DNA of 64,000 bases from Planctomycetota bacterium (GTDB lineage: Bacteria > Planctomycetota > UBA8108 > SXIK01). The position numbers were made by a program, and so were the translations under genes. Shown here piece after piece: positions 54,840-64,000 of the stretch. Numbering within the stretch: the first letter of the stretch is position 1; each line of letters begins with the position of its first letter. The notes below the pieces were generated by a model. That model worked only from the letters and a program-made list of their open reading frames with translations, ran no database searches and was not told where the DNA came from. The stretch lies in assembly GCA_965223845.1 (NCBI GenBank), contig CBDCXR010000004.1:6784001-6848000 (forward strand), given 5' to 3'.

Positions 54840-57146
54840 CTAACGCCGCTCGAGCTCTTCGGCGCCGAAGTGGAGCTCCGCGATTCCGCGGTAGACCTCC
54901 GGGACGTCGATCTTCCGATCCTCGCCCGAACGAAACGACTCGAGAATCGCGCGCTGGAGTTGCCGGTCGTCTTCGTACGGAGCGATGATCTCGTCGTCCC
55001 GTCGATCGGCGACGTAGAGCCGAAAGAGCGCGCGCAGAGCCCGCTGCAGTTCGCTGCGTGACATCTCGCTGCTGAAGCGCTCGTAGAGGCGGTCGAAATC
55101 CTCGCCCGCGAGACTCGGGTCCCACAGCTCCCCTTCGTCGTAGCGAAGAAGCACGGTTTGGAGATGGCGACGGACGAACTCGTTGACGTCGCTCGAGAAG
55201 AGGATGTGCGCGTACTCAACGACATCCTCGAGCTCAAACTCTTCGCGGTAGCTCTGCACCGCGACGTCCGGCGTCAATCCACCGCGACGCCGCGTGAGGT
55301 ACCGTCCCCTCGCCGTTCGCGCCGCGTGAAACGAGTCACCGCTGGGGAGACGGATTTCGTGAGTCGAGACGATGATCTTCGCGGGGCCACCGAGTAGATC
55401 GGAGCCGCGCTGGAGCTGGATCTGCGTCTGCTCGAGCCCCTTGCCGTACGTCTGTTCGCCCACGAGGCGCGCGACTCCGAAATCGCGGAGTGCGCCCGCG
55501 ACGAGCTCGGCCGAGCTCGCCGTGTAGCGGTTGACGAGGATCACCACGGGGAGCGAGAACCGAGGCGGATCGTCGCCCGGATAGACGACGTCCTCCACCT
55601 CGCCGCCTGGTCCGTGCAGAGTCGCGATCGGAAGACCCTGCGCCGAGTCGACGAACAGCTTGATCAGCGCGACGGCCGAAGCGCGGAGTCCGCCGCGGTT
55701 GTCCCGCAGGTCGAGAACGAGTCGCTCGGCTCCGTTCTCGATCGATCGCGCGAGCTGCGCCGCAAACTCGTCGCCGGTCTCGTTTCCGAACGCGACGACG
55801 CGCACGTACGCGACGTTCTTCGGCAAGAGGCGGTGCATCACGTAAGGGAACCCGACGCTGCTCCGCGCGAGCGTCACCGTCCGCCGCGGTTCGGACGCGT
55901 CGAGCGGTTGAACGTCGAGCGTGAGCTCGTCCGCCGAGGCCAGCAGGCGCTCGAATGGAGCCTCGGAGAACTCCGCGGTGGCGACGTCGTTGAGGAAGAG
56001 CAGCCGATCTCCGGTGTGGAGCGCCGCCTCAGCGGCCGGGCTCCCCCTTCGCACGGAGACGACGACGAGTGGATCGGTCTTCCCCGGCTTCGTGACTCGA
56101 AGACCGAAGCCGCGGTAAAAGCCCGCGTGGAGCTCCTTCTGTCGCTCGACTTCCTCGGGGCCGAGGTAGCGAGAGTACGGTCCGAGGAGCGCGAGAACTC
56201 CCCGGATCGCCGCCACGTAGAGTTTGCCGCGGTCGAGACGGTCGCGCTGGACGGCGTGGCGAAGAACGCGGGTCGCGACTTCATCGAGGAGCGCCGACCA
56301 GCCCTCCCGGGGCACCGAGCTGGGACGGCTCCGCCTCAGCGCTTCGAGCTCGCGCTGCTTCTCGCGCAGCCGCTCCTCGAGCTGACGGATCGGAGTGGAG
56401 CGCTGGCGCAGAAACAAGGCTGCCTCCTGTCCGCGCGCGGTGGGCTCCTGGCTCAGTTCGCGGAGTACATCCTCGACGAGGGGGAACTCCGTGAATCCGA
56501 TGCGCGCGAGGGCGAGGGCGGCTTTCTGCTTCCGCTCGAGGTCATCGTCTCCGAGAAAGTCGAATAGAGGGCGCACGAGGCGCCGGTCGTTCTCGAGCGC
56601 GTAGAGCGACACGGAGGCCTGAATACGAATGTCGTCGTCCCCGGACTCACGCGAGAGTGCGCGGAGCGTGAGAAACGCGAACGAGTCGTAGCGCTTTCGG
56701 CCGAGGAGTCGCATCGCGGCGATGCGATTCTGCTTGTCGCGACCGTTTCGAGCGATTCGGACGAGCGTTTGGTGCCCGCGGCGATAGAGGCTCTCCTCTT
56801 CGCGATCGGTGAGCAGCTCGGCGATCAGAAGACGGGCCGTCTCGTCGGCGGACTCGATGGCGGTCGCGAGTGATTCGGCGAGTTCGACCGGACCTGAGCG
56901 CACCGACGCGCGCAGAGGTCGCAGTTTGGGCCAGGACGTCTCGAGCGGAAGGAGCGCGAGCGCGCCCACCGTCCCGAGAATCTCCTGCGCGGAGACCGTC
57001 GTCGTCTCCTTCGACGGAGTGAGGCGCCCGCCCTGATCGCTCGGAGCGGCGGCCGCGTCCGCCGCGATCCCGCTGAGCGCGACGACGACGCCGGCGACCG
57101 CCGGGGCGAGCCCGAACGGTCGGCGTCGGAACACCGTCGTCCTCAC
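54840..57146 (-). CDS. S41 carboxyl-terminal protease with N-terminal HEAT repeats and PDZ
   Basis: LVLDLRDNRGG, catalytic Ser TASSAELVAG and Lys TYGKG, PDZ GFGLRV...GSPAAEAALHTGD. The GTG start overlaps the upstream TGA (GTGA). Confidence 0.85.
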   Translation of the reverse strand: MRTTVFRRRPFGLAPAVAGVVVALSGIAADAAAAPSDQGGRLTPSKETTTVSAQEILGTVGALALLPLETSWPKLRPLRASVRSGPVELAESLATAIESADETARLLIAELLTDREEESLYRRGHQTLVRIARNGRDKQNRIAAMRLLGRKRYDSFAFLTLRALSRESGDDDIRIQASVSLYALENDRRLVRPLFDFLGDDDLERKQKAALALARIGFTEFPLVEDVLRELSQEPTARGQEAALFLRQRSTPIRQLEERLREKQRELEALRRSRPSSVPREGWSALLDEVATRVLRHAVQRDRLDRGKLYVAAIRGVLALLGPYSRYLGPEEVERQKELHAGFYRGFGLRVTKPGKTDPLVVVSVRRGSPAAEAALHTGDRLLFLNDVATAEFSEAPFERLLASADELTLDVQPLDASEPRRTVTLARSSVGFPYVMHRLLPKNVAYVRVVAFGNETGDEFAAQLARSIENGAERLVLDLRDNRGGLRASAVALIKLFVDSAQGLPIATLHGPGGEVEDVVYPGDDPPRFSLPVVILVNRYTASSAELVAGALRDFGVARLVGEQTYGKGLEQTQIQLQRGSDLLGGPAKIIVSTHEIRLPSGDSFHAARTARGRYLTRRRGGLTPDVAVQSYREEFELEDVVEYAHILFSSDVNEFVRRHLQTVLLRYDEGELWDPSLAGEDFDRLYERFSSEMSRSELQRALRALFRLYVADRRDDEIIAPYEDDRQLQRAILESFRSGEDRKIDVPEVYRGIAELHFGAEELERR

Positions 57147-58372
57147 CCGCTCCGGCCGCCCTGCTGTGCGAGGACGTGGCGGAACGACGTCAGCTCGTCG
57201 CGTCGCGGCGTCAGCCACTTCCCAGTGGTCGTCCGCTGCCGAATGGTCTCGCCTTGGTAGACAATGCTCGTTACGTGAAACGCTCGGTCGTTGAAGATAT
57301 GGACTCGATTCTTCGGGCCGAGGACGACCCACGTGCGCTCTTCCACGTCCCGATAGAACGCGTCCGTGGTCGCTCGCTGCGCGTCGTTGAGCGCGGTGGC
57401 GGCGGGACGCCGACGATCGAGATGGCGCGCTTCGGAGTGCTGCGTTCGGCGGGCGCGCTGGCGGAAGATGCGTTCGAGGTTGCGCGCGAGTCGCTGGAGT
57501 GCGGCGAGGCTCTTTTGGCGAACGAGCGCTGCTCGCCGCCGCTTCGACACGCGGAGGAGCGCGAGGTCACGGAGACGCTGGCGCGTCGCGCGGAGCGCGT
57601 TCGCGATACGCGGATCCGGCTGCGCTTCGAGCACCTCGTGTGCGGGCGTCCCGCCCGGAAGCGTCCCGAGGATATTCAGCACCGGCGCGCGCGCACCGGC
57701 GATCCGCACTGCTTGGAAGCAGAGCGCGACGGGGACTTGCTCGGACGAGCGCGTTCGCTTGAGCGGAAGGTATCCGAGCATGACCTGACCGAGCGCCTGG
57801 TACTCCGGGGAGTGCTTGCCGTAGACGGTGAGCTGAATCTCGTTGAGCGCTCGCGCGTCCTTCACGAGCGTCACCGGACGCGGCGGCCGCTTGTAGAGCT
57901 CGTCGATACGCGGGTCCTTCTCGTCGAGGAGGACGGACGCGAACTCGCGCCAGGTCGGCTCGCCCGTCTGCGAGTAGCCGGTGAACACCGTCCGCGGGTC
58001 GGGTGCGCGTCCGTGCTCGCAGCCGAAGGCCTCGCAGCGGTAGCAGAAGACGCGTCCGCGCGGAAATCGAGCCTCCTCGGCGGCGAGCTGCTCGACCGAT
58101 TCGCGCAGTTGCTCGTAGAGCTCCGTCGTTCCGGGGACGCGGTTTCCGCTCGCGGAAATGTCGAGTCGGAGCTCGAGCGCGTGGGCGGCCGGGAGCGACG
58201 GAAGGGCGCCCGAACCACGCTTCGCTTCGACGAGCTCGGCATAGACGCCGAGGAGCTCCTGCTCGAGCCGCTCGGCGCGGCGGCGCAGCGCACCGCAATC
58301 CGATGCCGCGCGAGTGGGACGGCGACCCTCGTGGACGAACGGTCCAGAACTCCTACCGTTGGTCGAAGCCAT
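57143..58372 (-). CDS. Hypothetical protein with CxxC-x3-CxH metal-binding motif
   Basis: Long ORF with GGAGG SD and the motif VFCYRCEAFGCEH. Confidence 0.75.
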   Translation of the reverse strand: MASTNGRSSGPFVHEGRRPTRAASDCGALRRRAERLEQELLGVYAELVEAKRGSGALPSLPAAHALELRLDISASGNRVPGTTELYEQLRESVEQLAAEEARFPRGRVFCYRCEAFGCEHGRAPDPRTVFTGYSQTGEPTWREFASVLLDEKDPRIDELYKRPPRPVTLVKDARALNEIQLTVYGKHSPEYQALGQVMLGYLPLKRTRSSEQVPVALCFQAVRIAGARAPVLNILGTLPGGTPAHEVLEAQPDPRIANALRATRQRLRDLALLRVSKRRRAALVRQKSLAALQRLARNLERIFRQRARRTQHSEARHLDRRRPAATALNDAQRATTDAFYRDVEERTWVVLGPKNRVHIFNDRAFHVTSIVYQGETIRQRTTTGKWLTPRRDELTSFRHVLAQQGGRSG

Positions 58373-58515
58373 GGCCGTACCTCCGTGTCGTTCGCGGTGA
58401 GCGCGGAATGCGGCGCTTGAGGCCGCCTCGGTGCGTCTCCCGAACGTCGGGCGAGACGACCGGGGTCGTCGCCGCCATTCGGTGTGCGCTCCGGAAAGCC
58501 AGCGCGCTCAAAGTG

Positions 58516-58544
58516 AGTTTAACTCGTGTTCCGGGTCAAGTAAA
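58516..58544 (-). promoter_or_regulatory. Sigma70-type promoter for the hypothetical-CtpA operon
   Basis: TTTACT-17 nt-TAAACT on the minus strand. Confidence 0.45.
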
Positions 58545-58742
58545 CGCGAGCTGCGAGGCACGCGGGAGGGCCTGTGTCGTAGGTGGTTGAGCGACCGGGA
58601 ATTGCGCCTCGTGCCGGTCGAGTCGTCCGCGCTCTGACCGTAAGCTCAATGTATGCCGGATGCCAGTGACGGATGAGCGCCGCACCGCCGCGCGCACGGG
58701 TGCGATCGAGCGGAGCGCCCGCGCCGCGGCCACCGATCGCCG

Positions 58743-59327
58743 CTACGACCCGATGCTGACCAGCTCCACGTCGATTTTGACGTCGCTCGCCGGTGGGACG
58801 ACGAAGGCGTAGCCGTCGTCTCCCCACGCCTGGGACGCCGGGATGTGAAGCTCCCGCCGCTCGCCGACTCGCATCGTGACGAGCGAATCAACGAGACCCG
58901 AGATCAAGTCGTCGTAGTGGAGGGTTTCCTCCTGCGGTACGCCGACCTTGCGCGTGTCCCAGAACTGCCGTCCGTCCGGGAGCCAGCCCGTCCAGTGAAT
59001 CTTGATCGTCTGGCCGAGTTTCGGGCTCGGGCCGTCTCCAGGCGCGATGATCGTGAACCGAACTCCGGTCGGGAGGCTCCCGCCGGTGAATCGTTCGGCC
59101 GGATTCTCGCGCTCCCGGGGGGCCGCTTTGACCGTCGCCGGCTCGCCGGCGACGGCACCGTTCGGCGAGGAGGCGTCGGGCGTTCGCGCCGCCGGCGTTT
59201 CGGCCGGAGCCTCGTCCTCGGGCGCCGGCGGCTCCACGCCAGCCTTCTCCCCCGAGCACCCGGTGAGGACGGTCGAGATCGAGAGAGCGATGATCAGAAT
59301 GCGGGGTGAGCGGGAGCGGATCGTCAT
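58743..59327 (-). CDS. FKBP-fold lipoprotein (degenerate PPIase site)
   Basis: Lipobox LTGC, then GDGPSPKLGQTIKIHWTGWLPDG, MRVGERRELHIP and VPPASDVKIDVEL. Confidence 0.85.
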   Translation of the reverse strand: MTIRSRSPRILIIALSISTVLTGCSGEKAGVEPPAPEDEAPAETPAARTPDASSPNGAVAGEPATVKAAPRERENPAERFTGGSLPTGVRFTIIAPGDGPSPKLGQTIKIHWTGWLPDGRQFWDTRKVGVPQEETLHYDDLISGLVDSLVTMRVGERRELHIPASQAWGDDGYAFVVPPASDVKIDVELVSIGS

Positions 59328-59777
59328 GGGAGTACCTCACACGTGATCGATTCCGTGCGGCCGCCTGGGATCCGGGGAGGTCGACCGGCGATCGGAATCG
59401 ACGTTCAGAAGATCCGGCTAGAATACCCGGCGCGTCCCCATGGCGACAGAACGGTCCGGCTCGACGACGACCGCCGATGGCGGAGCGGCGCGCTTCCGAC
59501 CGCGAGCTTCTCTGTCCGCGCCGCGCTCGAGCGGATCGAGAAACGCGTTCCCTCGACCGCATTCGGCATGGTAAATCCTAATCGGAGCAGACGACGAGCA
59601 CGGGTCCCGCTCGGCGGTCGTTCTCGCGCCGGAACGGATCGGGGAATCACCGCCGCCGCGGATCGGCCGATCGACCGGGCGCGGTGTGGGCGTACCCGGC
59701 GATGGGACTTCGGCGAGGCGACGCGCGACGGCGTTCGCCCGCGCGTGCTCGGCACGGACGACGAGAGGTGAGAGACG

Positions 59778-60491
59778 GTGGTAGGATCGCGATCTCGACC
59801 GACGGAGTCGCGACGAAACGTCGTGATGTTCGGTCCACCCGGAGCGGGGAAGGGAATTCAGTCGCGAATGCTCTGCCGCGCGTTCGGCCTCGGGTATCTC
59901 TCGACGGGAGATGCGATTCGCGAGGAGATTCGTCGTTCGACTTCGATCGGTCGGCGAATCGAGGTCGCGATCGCCGAAGGTCGCTTCGCGGACGACGAGA
60001 GTATCTTCGCGATCGTCCTCGATCGACTCGATCGCGACGTCTACGCCGGCGGGTTCGTGTTCGACGGGTTTCCCCGGACGCTCGCGCAGGCGCGGCGCTT
60101 CGACGAGCTCCTCGACTCACGCGGCCGCCGCGTCGATGCGGCGCTCCTCCTGTCCGCGTCGGAGACGACGCTGCTCGAGCGGCTCGCGGGTCGAGTGGCC
60201 TGCACGGACTGCGGCGCGCCGTTTCATCTCCAACTGCTCCCGCCGAAGAACGTCGACGTTTGCGATGATTGCGGCGGCGCGCTCGAGCGGCGGATCGACG
60301 ACGATCCGATGTACCACCGACGAAAGCTCGAGATCTACGACGAGTGCACCGCCCAGCTCGAGGAGTACTATCGCCACCGCGGCGTGCTCCTCGAGGTCAA
60401 CGCCGATCAGCGCTTCGCCGCCGTCTCGGCCGAGCTGATGGCCGCGGTGCGCGGGCCGCGTCTCGCCGGCAGGCGGTGGGCGGTCGAGTGA
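59778..60491 (+). CDS. adk: Adenylate kinase family protein with Zn-binding LID
   Basis: GPPGAGKG, STGD, DGFPRT, CTDC...CDDC and RIDD. Confidence 0.85.
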   Translation: MVGSRSRPTESRRNVVMFGPPGAGKGIQSRMLCRAFGLGYLSTGDAIREEIRRSTSIGRRIEVAIAEGRFADDESIFAIVLDRLDRDVYAGGFVFDGFPRTLAQARRFDELLDSRGRRVDAALLLSASETTLLERLAGRVACTDCGAPFHLQLLPPKNVDVCDDCGGALERRIDDDPMYHRRKLEIYDECTAQLEEYYRHRGVLLEVNADQRFAAVSAELMAAVRGPRLAGRRWAVE

Positions 60492-60662
60492 AGCGGTGAC
60501 GGGGGAGCGGATCCCACCCGCTCGGCCGGTCGCGGCGAACGTCGCGTCGCCTGGACGGGGCGGGAGCGAGGCCCTCGGGATCCGGGACGCGCTCGAGCGC
60601 CACGAAAGCTCTGCGCGGGAGGATTCCGCGCGCCTCGGGGAGCGAACGAGCGGGGGGAAACG

Positions 60663-60697
60663 AAAAAAGGGCGCCCCTGAATAAACAGAGGCGCCCT
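60663..60697 (-). terminator. Rho-independent terminator of minus-strand polarity with no upstream CDS
   Basis: Minus strand reads AGGGCGCCTCTG-TTTATT-CAGGGGCGCCCT-TTTTT. The single non-Watson-Crick pair is G-U only on the minus strand. Confidence 0.75.
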
Positions 60698-60854
60698 GGG
60701 GCAGTTGTGGGGACGTGAAGGGTAGCGCTTGGCGCCGTTCTGCGTCAACCCTCGAACGTCGATTTCTCGCCAGATTCTCGTCTCCCGGCGTAGGATCCGA
60801 CCGAAGGAGCGGTGGGGGGACGAGTCCTCCTTTTCACGAACGTCGAGAAACCTC
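60663..60854 (-). ncRNA. Candidate structured small RNA (~190 nt)
   Basis: TTGACA at 60884-60889, two abutting stems, a C-rich linker and a terminator. The -10 match is poor. Confidence 0.4.
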
Positions 60855-61037
60855 ATTCCCTGTCCACGCGAGCTCCACCTCTTTGTCAATTGCTGACTTA
60901 CAGCGGTCCTTCACCGCCCGGACCGTCCGTGGTGAGACATTCGGGCTACTCTCCTCCAGCTACGGAGAATCCTCGATGTTAGGTTCGGATTCGAGATTTG
61001 TGCCCCCCTGGCGGCGACAGCGGGTAAAGGGGCGAGC

Positions 61038-62411
61038 GTGAAGAGGCTCGTCGTCCTCGACGTCGTCGGTCTGACCCCGGGTCTCCTCGGCGCCGACACT
61101 CCGCACCTGTCCGCGCTCGGCGAGGAGGGCTTCCGCGCTCAGCTCGATCCCGTGCTGCCGGCAGTCACGTGCACTGCGCAGGCGAGCATGGTGACCGGCC
61201 GACCTCCGAGCGAGCACGGCATCGTCGCGAACGGCTGGTATTTTCGCGATCTCGCGCAGGTGTGGCTCTGGCGCCAGTCGAATCACCTCGTCCACGGCGA
61301 GCGAGTTTGGGAGACCGGACGCGGGCGCGATCCGGCGTTCACCTGCGCGAAGCTCTTCTGGTGGTTCAATCTCTACTCGACGGTCGATTGGTCGGTCACG
61401 CCTCGACCCGCCTACTTCGCCGATGGCCGGAAGCTCTCCGACGTCTACACGGAGCCGCCCGAGCTTCGCGACTCGCTGACCGGAGCTCTCGGCGCGTTTC
61501 CCCTCTTCGAGTTCTGGGGGCCGAAGGCCGGAATCGGATCGTCGCGCTGGATCGCCGCCGCGGCGAGCCGGGTTCTCACGGAGAAGAGGCCGACCCTATC
61601 GCTGGTCTACCTTCCGCACCTCGACTACGACCTCCAGCGCTTCGGCCCGGACGATCCGCGGATCCCCGCCGAGGTGCGGAGGATCGACGCGGTATGCGGG
61701 GAGCTCATCGCCGCCGCCCGGCGCATCGATGCGGAAGTGATCGCTCTCAGCGAGTACGGAATTACACCGGTGCGCGGGAGCATCTCCCTCAACCGCATTC
61801 TGCGCGAAAGCGGATTCCTGCGCGTCCACTCGGCGCTCAACGGCGAGCTCCTCGACGCGGGGGGGTCGCGCGCGTTCGCGGTGTGCGATCACCAGATCGC
61901 CCATGTCTACGTCGCCGACTCCGCCGATCGTCCGGCGGTCCGGCGGCTACTCGAATCCGTAGACGGGATCGCCGAAGTGCTCGACGAAGACGCGCAAGCG
62001 AGCGCCGGCCTCCGGCACGATCGCAGCGGCGAGTTCGTCGCGATCGCGGCGGCGGATCGGTGGTTCGACTACTACTACTGGCTCGACGAGCGCCGCGCTC
62101 CCGATTTTGCGCGGACGGTCGACATACACCAAAAGCCGGGATACGACCCCGTTGAGCTTCTCATCGATCCGGCGAAGAAGATGCTCGGTGGGCGCGTCGC
62201 CGCGAAGATCGCCGCACGTCGGCTCGGGTTCCGTACACTGTTCGATGTGATCCCGCTCGATTCGAGTCTCATTCGCGGTTCCCACGGAAGGCTGCCCGCC
62301 TCACCCGAAGAGGGTCCCGTTCTCCTTTCGAGTTCACGCGCGGCGGCGGCTTCGCGACTCGCGATGACGGACGTCGCGAATGTCATCCTCGAGACGATCT
62401 TCTCGCCCTGA
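61038..62411 (+). CDS. Alkaline phosphatase superfamily nucleotide pyrophosphatase/phosphodiesterase (EboF-like)
   Basis: VVLDVVGL, PAVTCTAQ, HGIVANGWYFR, YLPHLDYDLQRFGP, LSEYG, VDIHQKPGYDP and GSHG. Confidence 0.88.
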   Translation: MKRLVVLDVVGLTPGLLGADTPHLSALGEEGFRAQLDPVLPAVTCTAQASMVTGRPPSEHGIVANGWYFRDLAQVWLWRQSNHLVHGERVWETGRGRDPAFTCAKLFWWFNLYSTVDWSVTPRPAYFADGRKLSDVYTEPPELRDSLTGALGAFPLFEFWGPKAGIGSSRWIAAAASRVLTEKRPTLSLVYLPHLDYDLQRFGPDDPRIPAEVRRIDAVCGELIAAARRIDAEVIALSEYGITPVRGSISLNRILRESGFLRVHSALNGELLDAGGSRAFAVCDHQIAHVYVADSADRPAVRRLLESVDGIAEVLDEDAQASAGLRHDRSGEFVAIAAADRWFDYYYWLDERRAPDFARTVDIHQKPGYDPVELLIDPAKKMLGGRVAAKIAARRLGFRTLFDVIPLDSSLIRGSHGRLPASPEEGPVLLSSSRAAAASRLAMTDVANVILETIFSP

Positions 62412-62423
62412 GGAGGACTCGGT

Positions 62424-64000
62424 TCACGCGCGATCGTCGCGGGCCAGGAACTCGCGCGCTTCTGCGACTACGTCCGACGGATAGCCTTGCTGCTCGAGCA
62501 CCCGAACCGCGTTCGTCGTCGGCGACGGTCCTTCGCGCAAAATGTAATCGAAGGTCATGACTCCGTCGTCGACGCGATCGCGCAGATGGTAGTTCGCGAT
62601 CGCCTCCTCGCCGGCTTCGGCGGCGAGCTCGGTCAGACTGAGATCGTGCGTGGCGACGATCGCGAGCGCTCCGCTCCGCCGGAACGCGCGCACGACGGAG
62701 CGCGCGATCGCCAGTCGCTCCGTGGAGTTCGTCCCCCGAAACATCTCATCGCAAAGGATGAGAACGCGCGGATCGTCGGCGGCGAACGCGATCGTCTGCT
62801 TGATGCGCTCGACTTCGACCTGAAAGTAGCTCTTCCCGTCGTCGAGCGAGTCGCGGATGTTGACGTCGGTGTGGATCGCAACCGGAGTCCAGCGCATGCG
62901 CTGGGCGGAGACGGGGCCGCCGGCGCCCGCGAGGAGAACGTTCAATCCAATCGCGCGAAGGTAGGTCGACTTGCCGGACATGTTCGATCCGGTGAGGATC
63001 CAGACTGTCTCGTCCGTCCCGAGGCGAACGTCGTTTCGAACGCAGTCGCCGGGCTCGAGGACCGGGTGTCCGACGGCTTCTCCTTCGATCTGCGGGTGAC
63101 CGGCATCGATCGCCTCGGGAAGAACGAACTCGGCCTGCTCGGCGAGCGGAAGCGCCAAGCAGAGAAGAGCGTCGAGCTCGCCGAGTGCGCCGGTCGCCGC
63201 CTCGAGCTCACCGCTGTGCTCGGCGAAGCGGCGCTCGGTCGGTGGCAGGAGTCTCAGCTCCCACAGCGTGAGGATGTTGATGATCTCGAAAATCGGTCCG
63301 TAGCTATGGAACGCGAGGAGGGCGAGTCGCCTCCGGAGACGCTTCACCGTCGGCGCGACGGACGCGAGAGCCGCCGCGATGTCGCGACCGATCCGGCTCT
63401 CCCACTTCGCCGCTCGGACCTCGTTCTCGAGGTTCGCCATCGCGACGAGCAGCGGATCGAAGAGGAGGAGGCGGTTCCGAATCTCGTTCGAGTCCTTCAC
63501 GTTCCACCCGATGACGAGAAGGTGAAGGGCGACGAGAACGAGGACGGGAGCGAGGAGCGCGTACGAGCCAAACACGAAAAACGCGATGAGGAGCGCCGGT
63601 GCTGCCGTCCCCGAGAGGTGGGCGAAGAGATGGAGGCCGCGGCGATGGGCGAACCTTCCCGGTGCGGCAAACTGTGCCCCGAGTGGCGAGAGGTCGTAGC
63701 GTCGAAGCGGAAGAAGCGCGCGGAGGAGCTTCTCGCGCGCGTCGCTCCCCGCCGCGAGCTCCGCGACCAGCTCCTGACGCTCGCGGATGTCCGCGGCCGC
63801 GCGCAGGGGACGGCGCAGAAGACGCGCGAGACGGCGGGCGCCGAAGGTGCTGCTCGTCCAGTCGAGAAAGCCGAAGAGGCTGCGCACCCCATCGAAGATC
63901 TGAAGATCGTCGACGACTCCGGAGTCGAGAGGCTCGTCGTCGGGCTCCTTGCGGTAAACGCACTCGCCGCCTTCGAGGCGCGAGGCCGTCGCTCCCGTGC
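62424..64000 (-). CDS. MutS-like ATPase (MutS domain V with membrane segments), 5' truncated by the window
   Basis: LTGSNMSGKSTYLR, GKSYFQVEV, LCDEMFRGTNS and ATHD, with a hydrophobic stretch upstream. Confidence 0.88.
   Translation of the reverse strand, partial: TGATASRLEGGECVYRKEPDDEPLDSGVVDDLQIFDGVRSLFGFLDWTSSTFGARRLARLLRRPLRAAADIRERQELVAELAAGSDAREKLLRALLPLRRYDLSPLGAQFAAPGRFAHRRGLHLFAHLSGTAAPALLIAFFVFGSYALLAPVLVLVALHLLVIGWNVKDSNEIRNRLLLFDPLLVAMANLENEVRAAKWESRIGRDIAAALASVAPTVKRLRRRLALLAFHSYGPIFEIINILTLWELRLLPPTERRFAEHSGELEAATGALGELDALLCLALPLAEQAEFVLPEAIDAGHPQIEGEAVGHPVLEPGDCVRNDVRLGTDETVWILTGSNMSGKSTYLRAIGLNVLLAGAGGPVSAQRMRWTPVAIHTDVNIRDSLDDGKSYFQVEVERIKQTIAFAADDPRVLILCDEMFRGTNSTERLAIARSVVRAFRRSGALAIVATHDLSLTELAAEAGEEAIANYHLRDRVDDGVMTFDYILREGPSPTTNAVRVLEQQGYPSDVVAEAREFLARDDRA

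Noticed and set aside
58373-58742. ncRNA or riboswitch between FKBP and the hypothetical gene
   Set aside because: Only short imperfect stems are present, and the AT-richer patch is explained by a promoter.
60407-60889. 160-aa minus-strand ORF
   Set aside because: It runs through a terminator, overlaps adk and has no protein-like features. An RNA interpretation fits better.
62424-64000. Canonical mismatch-repair mutS
   Set aside because: The visible part has TM segments and only the ATPase domain, which fits a known MutS-like subfamily. No symbol was assigned.

Overview
This is a high-GC bacterial chromosomal window with about 40 protein-coding genes. The gene content points to an uncultured-type Planctomycetota genome (inference from dockerin-tailed secreted proteins, lamin-tail/CotH giants, a MoxR-DUF58-BatA-vWA-prenyltransferase set, a zinc-ribbon membrane protein and a HEAT-repeat CtpA). 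I saw no rRNA, tRNA, CRISPR array, integrase or transposase. The main result is that two genes split by the ORF finder are continuous frames interrupted by one in-frame UGA, each followed at matching distance by a GU-loop hairpin typical of a bacterial SECIS. One is a DUF3179 protein with U-x-x-C, a recognised selenoprotein family that serves as an internal control (51800-52876). The other is a secreted LolA/LppX-like protein with C-x4-U (19770-20675) that I do not recognise as a described selenoprotein family. Other highlights are a cohesin-like+dockerin protein alongside two dockerin-tailed CotH-kinase paralogs, a 170-bp REP-like hairpin with 9-10 nt periodic CTTCG units, an orphan terminator that defines a candidate ~190-nt structured sRNA, a collinear but twice-interrupted MoxR/BatA operon, and several enzymes with altered active-site motifs. 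All family calls come from reading motifs by eye; no database searches were run.
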